Assembly: GCA_963798485.1 (NCBI GenBank)
Contig: CAWCTR010000007.1
Span: 544,001-608,000, forward strand
Direction: 5' to 3'
DNA: 64,000 bases
Origin: an uncultured delta proteobacterium
GTDB lineage: Bacteria > Desulfobacterota > Desulfomonilia > UBA1062
Below are positions 38,876-49,413 of the stretch, piece after piece (the first letter of the stretch is position 1; the number at the start of each line of letters is the position of its first letter). Under the pieces are notes generated by a model. That model had not been told where the DNA came from. It made no database searches and saw nothing but the letters and a program-made list of their open reading frames with translations. The translations under genes and the position numbers were made by a program.

Positions 38876-40024
38876 ATGATCCAGCGCTTGGCAGCCCTTA
38901 CGCGCATAAGCGATGTCTTTAGGGTCCACCCGATTGCCGCCCTTCTGGGACCGCGCCAGTGCGGCAAGACCACACTTGCCCGGATGATGGCCGAACAGGA
39001 GCCGTGCACCTATTTCGACTTGGAGGACCCTGTCGATGTCCGCCGGTTATCTGCACCCATGACAGCATTGGAGGGTCTTACCGGCCTGGTGGTCATTGAT
39101 GAAATTCAGCGCAGGCCCGAGCTGTTCGAGTTACTGAGGGTCCTGGCGGACAGGCCCGGGAACACTGCCCGCTTCCTGATTTTGGGCTCTGCCTCTCCGT
39201 ATCTGATCAAAGGGGTTTCGGAATCGCTGGCCGGGCGTTTGGGATTCATTGATCTCTCCGGGTTTGATCTCCAAGAGGTGGGAAAGGAGCATCGAGAACA
39301 CTTATGGCTGCGCGGCGGTTTTCCCAGGTCTTTTTTGGCCGATGATGACTCAACGAGCATGCTCTGGCGGGGGAGCTTCATTCGTACGTTCCTCGAGCGG
39401 GACATCCCCCAGTTCGGCATAAGCATCCCTGCAGAGACCCTACGACGATTCTGGACCATGGTCGCTCACTATCACGGCCAGGTCTGGAATGCGGCCCAGT
39501 TCGCCAGGTCGCTCGGCACCTCGGAAAACACTGCCCGGAGATATCTCGACATCCTTTCCGGGTCTTACATGGTAAGGATACTGCCTCCCTGGTTCGAGAA
39601 CACCCGGAAGCGGCAAGTCAAGGCCCCAAAGGTCTACATCCGCGACAGCGGGATCCTGCACGCCTTGCTTCAGATGAGCACCCTGGACGATCTGCATGCG
39701 CACCCTAAGCTCGGTGCATCGTGGGAGGGGTTTGCCCTGGAACAGGTCATCACGGCGCTCGACACCCGTGATACATACTTCTGGGCCACCCATGCCGGCG
39801 CCGAACTGGATCTGTTGGTCATGGTCTCAGGCAAACATTATGGGATTGAGTTCAAATATGCCGACGCCCCCGGGGTGACCCGATCCATGCATGTCGCCGT
39901 TGAAGATCTGGCCTTGGAGCGCCTATGGGTGATATATCCGGGCCGCCGGGAATACCCCTTGAGCGACAAGATCTCGGTCATCTCCATAGAATCCGTGCCG
40001 GATATGGCGAAAGAACTGCAGTGA
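38876..40024 (+). CDS. AAA_14 ATPase with DUF4143 (PD-(D/E)xK-like) C-terminus
   Basis: GPRQCGKTT, IDEIQ, ESLAGR, RGGFP, KAPKVYIRDSG and ELDLL...IEFK motifs. Confidence 0.9.
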   Translation: MIQRLAALTRISDVFRVHPIAALLGPRQCGKTTLARMMAEQEPCTYFDLEDPVDVRRLSAPMTALEGLTGLVVIDEIQRRPELFELLRVLADRPGNTARFLILGSASPYLIKGVSESLAGRLGFIDLSGFDLQEVGKEHREHLWLRGGFPRSFLADDDSTSMLWRGSFIRTFLERDIPQFGISIPAETLRRFWTMVAHYHGQVWNAAQFARSLGTSENTARRYLDILSGSYMVRILPPWFENTRKRQVKAPKVYIRDSGILHALLQMSTLDDLHAHPKLGASWEGFALEQVITALDTRDTYFWATHAGAELDLLVMVSGKHYGIEFKYADAPGVTRSMHVAVEDLALERLWVIYPGRREYPLSDKISVISIESVPDMAKELQ

Positions 40025-40107
40025 ACCGAATGCGTATCGCTTCTTGAAAACCAGCCTCAATAGTGCAATACTTCATTGCCGATGCTATAAAAACGAGAGG
40101 AATTGCC

Positions 40108-41767
40108 ATGCGAAGCGACCAGACCAAGAAATCCATTGAAAAGGCGCCCCACAGATCATTGCTCAAGGCATGCGGCCTGACGGATGAAGAGATAGCCCGC
40201 CCTATTGTAGGAATAGTGAACTCTGCAAACGAGATCATCCCCGGCCACATCCATCTGCGCCAGGTCGCAGACGCCGTAAAGGCGGGGGTTCGGATGGCAG
40301 GCGGAACGCCCATGGAGTTTTCGGTCATCGGTATCTGTGACGGCATTGCCATGAACCATGCAGGCATGAAGTACTCTCTACCTTCCCGTGAGATCATCGC
40401 CGACTCCATCGAGCTTGTGGTCATGGCCCATGCCTTTGACGCGTTAGTGTTCATCCCCAACTGCGATAAGGTGGTGCCCGGCATGCTCATGGCGGCCTTA
40501 AGGCTTAATGTCCCGTGCGTAGTGGTTTCAGGTGGTCCAATGTTGGCCGGGATGCATCGCGGCAAGAGCGTTGACCTCATCAGCGTGTTCGAGGGTGTGG
40601 GAAAGGTCAAGGCAGGCTCAATGAGCCCCTCCGAGCTCATCGAGCTCGAAGGGTGCGCCTGTCCGGGCGCCGGGTCATGCGCGGGCATGTTCACGGCCAA
40701 TTCCATGAACTGCCTCACCGAGGCCCTGGGACTGGGCCTGCCCGGCAATGGCACCATCCCTGCGGTGTTCTCCGAACGTATCAGGCTGGCCAAGCATGCA
40801 GGCATGAAGGTTATGGAGCTGCTGGAAAAGGAGATAAACCCGAGGGATATCGCAACACCTCCTGCCTTCAGGAACGCCATTGCCGTGGACATGGCGCTCG
40901 GGTGCTCCACCAACACCGTGCTCCACGTGCCTGCGGTTGCCTATGAGGCGGGCATCGAGCTGAACCTGGATGATTTCAACGTCAATGAGCTCCAAGGTGC
41001 CCCACCTGTGCTCGCTCTCTCCTGCAGGGCCCCACCATATTGAGGACCTGTACCGGGCAGGCGGTATCCAGGCCGTCATGAGGCGTCTTACCGAGATAAA
41101 GGCGTTGAACACCAAGGTGATGACCGTAACAGGCAAGACCCTTGTCAATAATCTTAAGGCAGCGCAGATCCTGGACGATGATGTCATCCGTCCCATTGCA
41201 AAGGCCTACCATAAAGAGGGCGGCATCGCCATCATGCGGGGGACCCTGGCCCCTGACGGCGCAGTGGTGAAGCAGTCCGGCGTACTGCCCGAGATGATGA
41301 AGCGTAAAGGCAAGGCCCGGGTGTTCGACTCGGAAGAAAAGGCCACCAAGGTGATCCTTTCAGGCGGCATTAAAAAGGGTGATATCGTTATCATCAGGTA
41401 TGAAGGCCCCAAGGGCGGCCCGGGCATGCGGGAGATGCTCACCCCCACCTCGGCCATCGCCGGCATGGGGCTCGATAAGGACGTGGCCCTCATCACCGAC
41501 GGCAGGTTCTCGGGCGGCACCAGGGGGGCGGCCATCGGCCACTGTTCGCCTGAGGCGGCAGAAGGCGGGCCCATAGCATTGGTAAAAGAGGGTGATAGTA
41601 TCCATATTGATATACCGGGGCGCAGGCTTGACCTGATGGTTGATGAGGCCGAACTCGCGCAGAGGAAGAAGGCATGGAAACCGCCCAAGCAGCAGCTCAC
41701 CGGAGTGCTCAAGCGCTATGCCCGCATGAGCCTGTCCGCTGACAAGGGCGCACGGTACGAGGACTGA
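40108..41767 (+). pseudogene. ilvD: Dihydroxy-acid dehydratase, split by one frameshift at ~40984 (possibly a sequencing indel)
   Basis: [12 protein letters not shown] and [10 protein letters not shown] in the first frame; [13 protein letters not shown] and TDGRFSG in the second. Deleting one A from gtcaatgagc restores DDFNVMSSKVP. Confidence 0.92.
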
Positions 41768-42780
41768 TGAAGCAGGCCCGTTTCTGGGTAAAGGCGGATG
41801 AGGACAAGGTGCGATGTTTTCTGTGCGCACACCGGTGCCTTATAGCCAATGGAAAGACGGGTGTCTGCGGGGTCAGGAAAAACGAGGCAGGGGTGCTTTA
41901 CAGCCTTGTGTGGGGAAAGAGCATCTCGGCCAATGTTGACCCCATTGAAAAGAAGCCCCTGTTCCACTTTCTGCCCGGCTCAAAGTCCTTTTCCATTGCA
42001 ACCGTAGGGTGCAACTTCACATGCGCCTTCTGCCAGAACAGCGACATCTCCCAGTTACCGCATGAAACGCGCCGCATTACCGGTGAAGACTTTCCGCCTG
42101 AGGCTGTGGTTGCATCGGCCGTGAGAAATGGCTGCAGGAGCATCTCGTATACCTATACCGAGCCGACGATTTACCTGGAGTATGTACTCGATACGGCTGT
42201 ACTGGCCAAGGAGCAGGGCCTGTTCAATGTTTTGGTCACCAATGGTTATACGGCAACCGAGGTAATTGATAAGGATCTGAAGGACACCATCCATGCCGCC
42301 AACATCGATCTCAAGGCCTTCACCGAGGGGTTCTACAAGAGGCTGTGCTCGGCAAGACTGGCCCCGGTGCTTGATGCCATCCAGGCCTATCATGATGCGG
42401 GCATCTGGATCGAGATCACCACGCTTACCATCCCGGGAGAAAACGATTCTGATGAAGAGCTCCATGACATCGCCTCTTTCATCAACTCCATAAGCCCTTC
42501 AATCCCTTGGCACATCAGCAGATATTATCCCCGTTACAAATATGATTCCGCACCACCCACACCGGTTACGACTATCGAGCGGGCGCGGGAAATCGGATTG
42601 AGTGAAGGGCTGCATTTCGTGTATAGTGGAAATGTTACGGGCCATGTTGGAGAAAATACCTACTGCCCGAACTGCAAGAAGCTGATCATTGCACGCAAGG
42701 GTTACTTCATCGAACGTATCGATATGAAGGGTCAGGCGTGCGGATACTGCAATCATACCATACCGGGGAGATTCCATTAA
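41767..42780 (+). CDS. amrS: AmmeMemoRadiSam system radical SAM enzyme
   Basis: N-terminal CxxCxHxC...GxCGVR, DPIEKKPLFHF, GCNFTCAFCQN and TYTEP motifs. Confidence 0.92.
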   Translation: MKQARFWVKADEDKVRCFLCAHRCLIANGKTGVCGVRKNEAGVLYSLVWGKSISANVDPIEKKPLFHFLPGSKSFSIATVGCNFTCAFCQNSDISQLPHETRRITGEDFPPEAVVASAVRNGCRSISYTYTEPTIYLEYVLDTAVLAKEQGLFNVLVTNGYTATEVIDKDLKDTIHAANIDLKAFTEGFYKRLCSARLAPVLDAIQAYHDAGIWIEITTLTIPGENDSDEELHDIASFINSISPSIPWHISRYYPRYKYDSAPPTPVTTIERAREIGLSEGLHFVYSGNVTGHVGENTYCPNCKKLIIARKGYFIERIDMKGQACGYCNHTIPGRFH

Positions 42781-42795
42781 GACCACGGTAAATAC

Positions 42796-44178
42796 ATGCA
42801 ACAGGCAAGGAAGAAGATGTCAAGAAAAAATCAAACAGAGAAGAATATACTGTCCAACAAACTCAGATCCGGATGGGAGATCCTCCAGGGAAAAGAGGCA
42901 AGGGTAGAGGCCTACTGCCGCGAGTATCTCTCGTTCCTTTCCCGGGTGAAAACCGAACGGGAGGCTGTCGGCTACATTAAGGACAAGGCATCAAGGGATA
43001 AGGGACTCGTCGTCTTTGAGAACCGCGGAAAGGCCCTTGCCCTTTGCCGGACCGGCACGAGGCCGTTGGCAGAAGGGGTAAGGATCGTGGTGGCGCATCT
43101 CGACAGCTCCCGGATCGATCTGAAGGCCAACCCGCTCTACGAGGACACCGAACTGGCCATGCTCAAGACACACTACTACGGCGGTATCAAGAAATACCAG
43201 TGGCTCGCCAGGCCCCTGGCCCTGCACGGCGTGGTGGTCAAGGAGGACGGAAAGCTGGTGAATATCGTCATCGGCGAGGACGAGAAAGAGCCGTGTTTCA
43301 CCATCGAGGATCTCCTGCCCCACCTCGCCGGCAAGGCCCAGTACGGCAAGAAACTGGAAGACGCCTTTGTGGGAGAGAAGCTCAACCTCATCTGTGGCTC
43401 CAGGCCCGACCTTAAGGCCAAGGAAGAGAAGGTCAAAATGCAGATCCTTACGTTGCTGCATAGGAAATATGGGATCGTGGAGCAGGACTTTGTCTCTGCC
43501 GACCTTGAGATTGTCCCTGCAGGACCTGCCCGGGAGGTGGGCCTTGACGCCTCAATGATCGGGGCGTATGGCCAGGATGACCGTGTCTGTTCCTGGGCAG
43601 CCTTTGCAGCGGTACTCGATGCCGGGAAGGTGCCTGTTACCACCATCGTGCTGCTGGTGGACAAGGAAGAGATCGGCAGCGACGGTAATACGGGCGCCAA
43701 GAGCATGTTCATCGAGGAGGCCTTGTGGGCGCTCGGTGACAAGCTCAAACAGGACATCAATCCTGCACGGGTCCTGTTCAGGAGCAAGGCGATCTCGGGC
43801 GATGCCAACGGCGCTTTTGACCCGGATTATCCCGAGGTGCATGAGAAGTCCAATGCAGCGCGTATGGGCTATGGCATATGCGTGACCAAGTTCACCGGGG
43901 CCCGGGGGAAGGTGGGTTCCAGCGAGGCTCACGCGGAGTACATCGGCTGGCTCAGGTCAGTCCTGAACCGCAAAGGCGTCCCCTGGCAGACCGGCGAGCT
44001 TGGTAAGGTGGATGAGGGCGGCGGGGGGACAGTGGCAAAATTCTTTGCAGAGTATGGTATGGACATCGTTGATGCAGGGCCGCCGCTGCTTTCCATGCAT
44101 GCGCCCTTCGAGCTCGCTTCCAAGGTGGATTGTTACTCCACCTACCTGGCCTACCGGGCATTTATGGAGGAGTCATGA
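42796..44178 (+). CDS. M18-family aminopeptidase (start may be 42817)
   Basis: KTERE, AHLDS, THYYGGIKKYQW, GQDDR, DKEEIGS and SMHAP motifs. Confidence 0.92.
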   Translation: MQQARKKMSRKNQTEKNILSNKLRSGWEILQGKEARVEAYCREYLSFLSRVKTEREAVGYIKDKASRDKGLVVFENRGKALALCRTGTRPLAEGVRIVVAHLDSSRIDLKANPLYEDTELAMLKTHYYGGIKKYQWLARPLALHGVVVKEDGKLVNIVIGEDEKEPCFTIEDLLPHLAGKAQYGKKLEDAFVGEKLNLICGSRPDLKAKEEKVKMQILTLLHRKYGIVEQDFVSADLEIVPAGPAREVGLDASMIGAYGQDDRVCSWAAFAAVLDAGKVPVTTIVLLVDKEEIGSDGNTGAKSMFIEEALWALGDKLKQDINPARVLFRSKAISGDANGAFDPDYPEVHEKSNAARMGYGICVTKFTGARGKVGSSEAHAEYIGWLRSVLNRKGVPWQTGELGKVDEGGGGTVAKFFAEYGMDIVDAGPPLLSMHAPFELASKVDCYSTYLAYRAFMEES

Positions 44179-44819
44179 AGGAAAAGAATCTTGCCCATAT
44201 GGGATCGTTGCTGGGCGGGGTCGTCCATAACCTCAATACGCCCCTGATGTGGGTCATGGGCAGGGCGCAGCTCCTCCAGTCAAGAAATGAACACTTCGAT
44301 ACATTCAAGGACCTTTCGGAAGAGGAACTTGCCAAGACCAAGCAGAAGAACGACAAGGACATTACCTCCATCCTTGAAGGCGCCGATAAGATCGACTCCA
44401 TCCTCAAAGGTCTTGGTTATAAGATCCAGATGGTCAATGAGGGATACACCTCTGTGGAGCTCCGGGAATACCTGGAGATGGAAGTGAACTTCCTCATGGC
44501 CGATATGCGGTTCAAGCACGATACCAAGCGTGATATTCAGTATGGTCCGCGCTCCTATTATGCCAAGGTGGATTACAATGCCCTTTCCGGCGCCGTGTCG
44601 GGCACCATCAACGCCATGATGGATCACACGGAAAAAGGCCGTTCCATCAAGATATCTCTCGACGGCGGGATCATACATATCAGCTGTGCCGAGCTGAAGC
44701 CGGATGATAAGGTGCGTCAAGAGATCGATGAGGCCTGCAGTGACCTTTCGCCTGTGGCGGATGTCCTTATGGATGATACGAACGGCCTGAAGGTTACCAT
44801 TGCCCTGAAGGACCTTTAA
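44175..44819 (+). CDS. HisKA (DHp)-like protein with degenerate ATPase domain
   Basis: H-box [11 protein letters not shown]; weak N-box TINAMMD; no DxGxG, F or GxGL boxes; SD ggagga. Confidence 0.6.
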   Translation: MKEKNLAHMGSLLGGVVHNLNTPLMWVMGRAQLLQSRNEHFDTFKDLSEEELAKTKQKNDKDITSILEGADKIDSILKGLGYKIQMVNEGYTSVELREYLEMEVNFLMADMRFKHDTKRDIQYGPRSYYAKVDYNALSGAVSGTINAMMDHTEKGRSIKISLDGGIIHISCAELKPDDKVRQEIDEACSDLSPVADVLMDDTNGLKVTIALKDL

Positions 44820-45286
44820 TGTCTTCTTCTAAGGACATCACTTGTCCGAACTGCGGTCATGCCGTACAGACCTTCCGAAACCCTGTCCCTACCGTGGATG
44901 TGGTTATTGAGTACGAAGGCGGTGTCGTGCTTATCCTCCGGAAGAATCCACCCCCCGGCTGGGCCTTGCCTGGCGGGTTTGTGGACTACGGTGAGACCAT
45001 CGAGGCAGCTGCAATGAGAGAGGCCAAGGAAGAAACAAACCTTGAACTTAAAGGGCTCACAATGTTTTCCGTATACTCCGACCCCGCACGGGACCCAAGG
45101 CAGCATACCATTACTACGGTGTTTATTGCACAGGGCCATGGCCGGTTGAAAGGCGGGGATGACGCATCGAAAGCCCAGGTGTTTGCTCTGGATCACCTTC
45201 CCGAGCTCGCCTTTGACCATAATAAAATCCTAAAGGATTATCAGGCATGGAAGCATGGAAAGGAGATAGGTCTTATTAGGAAATAG
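44819..45286 (+). CDS. NUDIX hydrolase (ADP-ribose pyrophosphatase-like)
   Basis: CPNCG; [23 protein letters not shown] Nudix box; LAFDH. Confidence 0.93.
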   Translation: MSSSKDITCPNCGHAVQTFRNPVPTVDVVIEYEGGVVLILRKNPPPGWALPGGFVDYGETIEAAAMREAKEETNLELKGLTMFSVYSDPARDPRQHTITTVFIAQGHGRLKGGDDASKAQVFALDHLPELAFDHNKILKDYQAWKHGKEIGLIRK

Positions 45287-45320
45287 CATTCTGCTGCCTG
45301 AAGTATTGTTACGCTTTAAG

Positions 45321-45536
45321 TTCCCTCCCTTTCAAGGGGAGGGATAGGGAGGGGATGGTGTTTTACCATGCTTGGTCAGACAAATAAAAAGACAAATGAG
45401 ATGCTTTGTGGATATTGAGGCAGTAAAAGAGAAGATCTGGATAGTTGTGCAGGAACGGCTGCTTCTGAAGCAACCTAAACAGAAAAACGGGAACAGACCC
45501 ATCCCCACCCCAACCCTCCCCTTGAAGGGGAGGGAA
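45321..45536. repeat. Inverted pair of 38-bp palindromic elements flanking a short gene remnant
   Basis: ttccctccctttcaaggggagggatagggaggggatgg (45321-45358) versus the reverse complement of 45499-45536: 34/38 identical. Confidence 0.8.
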
Positions 45537-45555
45537 TGTATCGAGGTCAACTTGA

Positions 45556-48123
45556 ATGACAGGTAGGAAAGAAGTCTTTCTCATCGACGGCAGCTCGTAC
45601 ATCTATCGAGCGTTTTACGCCATGAAGAGCCTCTCCACATCCAAGGGTATGCCCACCAATGCCATCTACATCTTTTCAAGGATGCTCTTGAAGCTCATCA
45701 AGGACAAAAAACCCGAGTTCATGTGCTTCGTGCGCGACGCAAAAGGCCCCACGGAGCGGCACCGCATGTATGAAGCATACAAGGCCACACGGCAGAGGAT
45801 GCCTGAGGCCCTCCAGGTCCAGATCCCCTATATCCTCCGGATCGTCGAGGCCCTTGGCATCCCTATCCTGGTCAAAGAGGGGCAGGAGGCGGACGACATC
45901 ATTGCCCAGGCGGCGCGGAGGTTCAAGGGAGATGCGCGAATCACCATCATATCCGGCGACAAAGACCTCATGCAGCTCGTTGATGAAGCAGTAACGGTGT
46001 GGGACACCCTCAAGGAAAAGGTCTATGACTCTGAATCGGTGAAAGAAAAATACGGGGTCTATCCGGAATATATCGCTGACCTGCTGGCCATCATGGGCGA
46101 CAGCTCGGACAACATCCCCGGCGTGCCCGGCATCGGCGAAAAGGGCGCCCTGGATCTCATCAGCAAATACGGGCATGTATCCGATATCATCGAGCGCGCA
46201 CAGTCAATCGAGAGCAAAAAGGCCAGGGAGGCAATCTTGAACCATACCGATAAGGCACTTTTAAGCCTTGAACTCGCGCGGCTTGACAGGGAAGTGGCCA
46301 TGGACTTCGATTTAAGCAACATGCGCATGAAGGAAATGGACGTGGAAACGCTCTCCAAACTTTTCATCGAGCTCGAGTTTAGGGCGCTGCAGGCCGGGCT
46401 TGCCGGTGATACGCCAAAGGCCAATGCGGTCTTTGAGGGCACAATCGAACATGCCTGCAACCCTTCAGTCTCTGGAGAAGCAGGGATGTACGTGATGCAA
46501 GGGGCTTGTTCGGCAATCTCCCATGGGGATATAACCTATGTCTGCAAGGAAAAGGATACCTGCCTCGATCCTTTGAGGCGGCACCATATCAGGCTCGTCA
46601 TGCACAATGCAAAGGAGGCCCTGGTTCAGGCCAAGCTCCGGGGCATTGATGCCGACCCTGAGATCTTCGATACCATGCTTGCCGCCTACTGCTGTGATGC
46701 TGCAACCGGTGAGACCACCGTAGAGGACCTTGCCAAGTCCTACCTCGACAGGGAAATTCCCCGAACCAAGGAGCTGCTGGGTTCAGGCAGGAATACCAGG
46801 GTGCTCGGTGATCTGGGGCAAGATGAGCTTGACCACTACCTTGCAACTCATGCCCACTATCTTATGCCGCTCAAAGAGGTCCTTTCAGGGCGCATGGCAG
46901 ACCTCGGGGTGGACAGGCTCTTCTACGAGGTAGAAACGCCTTTGCTCCACGTGCTCTCAACCATGGAGGCCATTGGTGTGCTTGTGGACCCGGATGTCCT
47001 CCTTGCCATTTCAAAGGAAATCGATGTCCAGATGAAGGGCATGGAGGAACGGATCTATGCCCATGCGGGCAGGTCGTTTAACATAAACTCCCCCAAACAG
47101 TTAGGTGAAATCCTTTTCGTGGACCTCAAACTGCCCATGGTGAAGAAGACCAAGACCGGCTTTTCCACGGACAGCGCCGTGCTGGAGGCCCTTGCGCCCA
47201 GGCACGAGCTGCCGGCGATAATCCTTGACTGGCGCATGCTCACCAAGCTCAAGAACACCTATGTGGACACCCTGCCTGCCATGATCGACCCCAAGACCGG
47301 TCGCGTCCATACACGGTTCAACCAGGCCGTCACGGCCACGGGCAGGATATCGTCTTCCGAACCCAATCTCCAGAACATCCCCATACGCTCGGACATGGGC
47401 AGGCGCATCCGGTCCGCCTTCACGGCCCCCAAGGGTTTTTCCATCCTGAGCGCGGACTATTCCCAGATCGAGCTGAGGATACTCGCCCATATAACCAAGG
47501 ACGCCACCCTCATGGAGTCCTTCGAAAAGGACATAGACATTCATACCCGCACCGCCTCCGAGGTCTTCGGCCTGCCGCTGGCCGAGGTCACGGAGAACCT
47601 TCGCAGGCAGGCCAAGACCATCAACTTCGGCATCATCTACGGCATGGGCCCGCACAAGCTCGCCTTAGAGCTCGGCATCAAGCGCGATGTGGCGAAGCGA
47701 TACATCGACAATTACCTTGCCAAGTACCCCGGCGTGAAGGGGTATATGGAGGGCATCGCGCGCTCTGCCGAACAGGACGGCTTTGTAACGACCATCATGG
47801 GCAGGCGCAGGAGCATCCCCGAGATCGCCTCGAACAATTTTAACGAGCGCGAGGCAGCCAGGAGGATCGCCATCAACACCCCGATCCAGGGGAGCGCGGC
47901 GGATATCATTAAGATGGCCATGGTGAAGATCCATGAACACATGAAGAAAATGGAGAGCAGGATGATCCTCCAGGTGCACGACGAGCTGGTGTTCGAGGTC
48001 AAGGACGATGAGATCGAGACAGTCCGGGAGATGGTAAAATCCGAGATGGAAAACGCCTACCCTTTACTGGTGCCGGTGAGGGTCGATATCGGGGTGGGGG
48101 AGAACTGGGCTAAGGCCCACTAG
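45556..48123 (+). CDS. polA: DNA polymerase I
   Basis: LIDGSS, GDSSDNIPGVPGIG, TGRISSSEPNLQNIP, DYSQIELR and QVHDEL motifs. Confidence 0.98.
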   Translation: MTGRKEVFLIDGSSYIYRAFYAMKSLSTSKGMPTNAIYIFSRMLLKLIKDKKPEFMCFVRDAKGPTERHRMYEAYKATRQRMPEALQVQIPYILRIVEALGIPILVKEGQEADDIIAQAARRFKGDARITIISGDKDLMQLVDEAVTVWDTLKEKVYDSESVKEKYGVYPEYIADLLAIMGDSSDNIPGVPGIGEKGALDLISKYGHVSDIIERAQSIESKKAREAILNHTDKALLSLELARLDREVAMDFDLSNMRMKEMDVETLSKLFIELEFRALQAGLAGDTPKANAVFEGTIEHACNPSVSGEAGMYVMQGACSAISHGDITYVCKEKDTCLDPLRRHHIRLVMHNAKEALVQAKLRGIDADPEIFDTMLAAYCCDAATGETTVEDLAKSYLDREIPRTKELLGSGRNTRVLGDLGQDELDHYLATHAHYLMPLKEVLSGRMADLGVDRLFYEVETPLLHVLSTMEAIGVLVDPDVLLAISKEIDVQMKGMEERIYAHAGRSFNINSPKQLGEILFVDLKLPMVKKTKTGFSTDSAVLEALAPRHELPAIILDWRMLTKLKNTYVDTLPAMIDPKTGRVHTRFNQAVTATGRISSSEPNLQNIPIRSDMGRRIRSAFTAPKGFSILSADYSQIELRILAHITKDATLMESFEKDIDIHTRTASEVFGLPLAEVTENLRRQAKTINFGIIYGMGPHKLALELGIKRDVAKRYIDNYLAKYPGVKGYMEGIARSAEQDGFVTTIMGRRRSIPEIASNNFNEREAARRIAINTPIQGSAADIIKMAMVKIHEHMKKMESRMILQVHDELVFEVKDDEIETVREMVKSEMENAYPLLVPVRVDIGVGENWAKAH

Positions 48124-48140
48124 GGGTGGTTAAAAAGACT

Positions 48141-48166
48141 GTAGGGGCGGGCCTTGTGCCCGCCCC
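48141..48166 (+). repeat. GTAG-type REP hairpin between convergent genes
   Basis: GTAG-gggcgggc-cttgt-gcccgccc. Confidence 0.65.
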
Positions 48167-48181
48167 ATGTCTTTGTTGATG

Positions 48182-49330
48182 CTATCTCTTGCCCAGGATG
48201 TTCCTGGCAACGACCACCCTCATGATCTCGTTGGTGCCTTCATAGATCTGGGTGATCTTGGCGTCGCGCATGAGGCGTTCCATGGGGTATTCGGACACAT
48301 AGCCATAGCCGCCCAGGATTTGAACGCCCTCGACCGTTGCCCACATGGCCACGTCGGACGCATACATCTTTGCCATTGCAGCCTCTTTTTCAAAGTGCAT
48401 ATGGTTGCTTTCGAGGTATGCAGCCCGCAGGATCAGCAGCTCAGCCGCATCGATGCGTGTAGCCATGTCGGCCATCTTGAACTGGATGGCCTGGAACTCA
48501 CTGATGGGTTTGCCGAACTGCACGCGTTCCTTGGAGTATTTGATCGATTCTTCAAGGCAGCTCTTGGCGATGCCCAATGCCTGCGATGCGATACCGATGC
48601 GGCCTGAATCCAGCGTGGTGAGCATCTGCCTGAACCCTGATCCGGGGTCGCCCAGGATGGCATCCTTGGGGATGCGGGCGTCCTGGAACACAAGCTCGGA
48701 TGTCCCTGAGCCCCTGATGCCCAGCTTGTCTTCCACCTTGCCCACCGAGAAGCCCTCGGTCTGCTCGAGGTCCAAAACGAACTGGGTGATGCCCTTGTAT
48801 CCCTTGGTTTTGTCGGTGATGGCGGCGATGACTGCATACTTGGCTATGTTGCCGTTGGTGATGAATTTCTTCTCGCCGTTGATGATCCAGTGGTTGCCGT
48901 CAAGCACGGCGCTTGTCTTCATGCCTGCCGGGTCCGAGCCCGCATTGGCCTCGGTGAGACCATAGCACCCATGGGCAACCCCTGAGGCCACGGGGGTGTT
49001 GAACTTCTTGCGCTGCTCCTCGGAGCCGAAGGTATAGACCGGGAAGCCATAGAGCGAGTTGTTCACTGACATGATCACGCCGGTGCTGGCGCAGCCCCGG
49101 GATATCTCGGTGAGGATGAGGGCATAGGCCATATAATCCATGCCCGCTCCGCCATATTCGCTCGGGATGGCGACGCCCATGAAACCGTTTTCCGCCATCT
49201 TCTTAAGCACGGCGTCATTATGCTTGTGGGTCTGGTCGATCTGGGCGGCTATGGGCTTAAGCTCCTGATCTGAGAATCTCCTGGCCATGTCCTGTACCAT
49301 CTTTTGCTCTTCGCTCAGTGAAAAATCCAT
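48182..49330 (-). CDS. Short-chain acyl-CoA (butyryl-CoA-type) dehydrogenase
   Basis: GLTEANAGSD, KLGIRGS, RVQFGKPI, GGYGY and IYEGTNEI motifs; start MDFSLS after aggagg. Confidence 0.93.
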   Translation of the reverse strand: MDFSLSEEQKMVQDMARRFSDQELKPIAAQIDQTHKHNDAVLKKMAENGFMGVAIPSEYGGAGMDYMAYALILTEISRGCASTGVIMSVNNSLYGFPVYTFGSEEQRKKFNTPVASGVAHGCYGLTEANAGSDPAGMKTSAVLDGNHWIINGEKKFITNGNIAKYAVIAAITDKTKGYKGITQFVLDLEQTEGFSVGKVEDKLGIRGSGTSELVFQDARIPKDAILGDPGSGFRQMLTTLDSGRIGIASQALGIAKSCLEESIKYSKERVQFGKPISEFQAIQFKMADMATRIDAAELLILRAAYLESNHMHFEKEAAMAKMYASDVAMWATVEGVQILGGYGYVSEYPMERLMRDAKITQIYEGTNEIMRVVVARNILGKR

Positions 49331-49413
49331 GTGGCTCCTCCTAGTGTGGGTGTCTCGCTCTTGAGCATCCTTTATGTTCCTGTCAATATTCATGATGGCG
49401 ATTTTCTATAAAG

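Noticed and set aside
41767-42780. Radical SAM RiPP maturase
   Set aside because: It matches AmrS, and there is no precursor peptide or SPASM domain.
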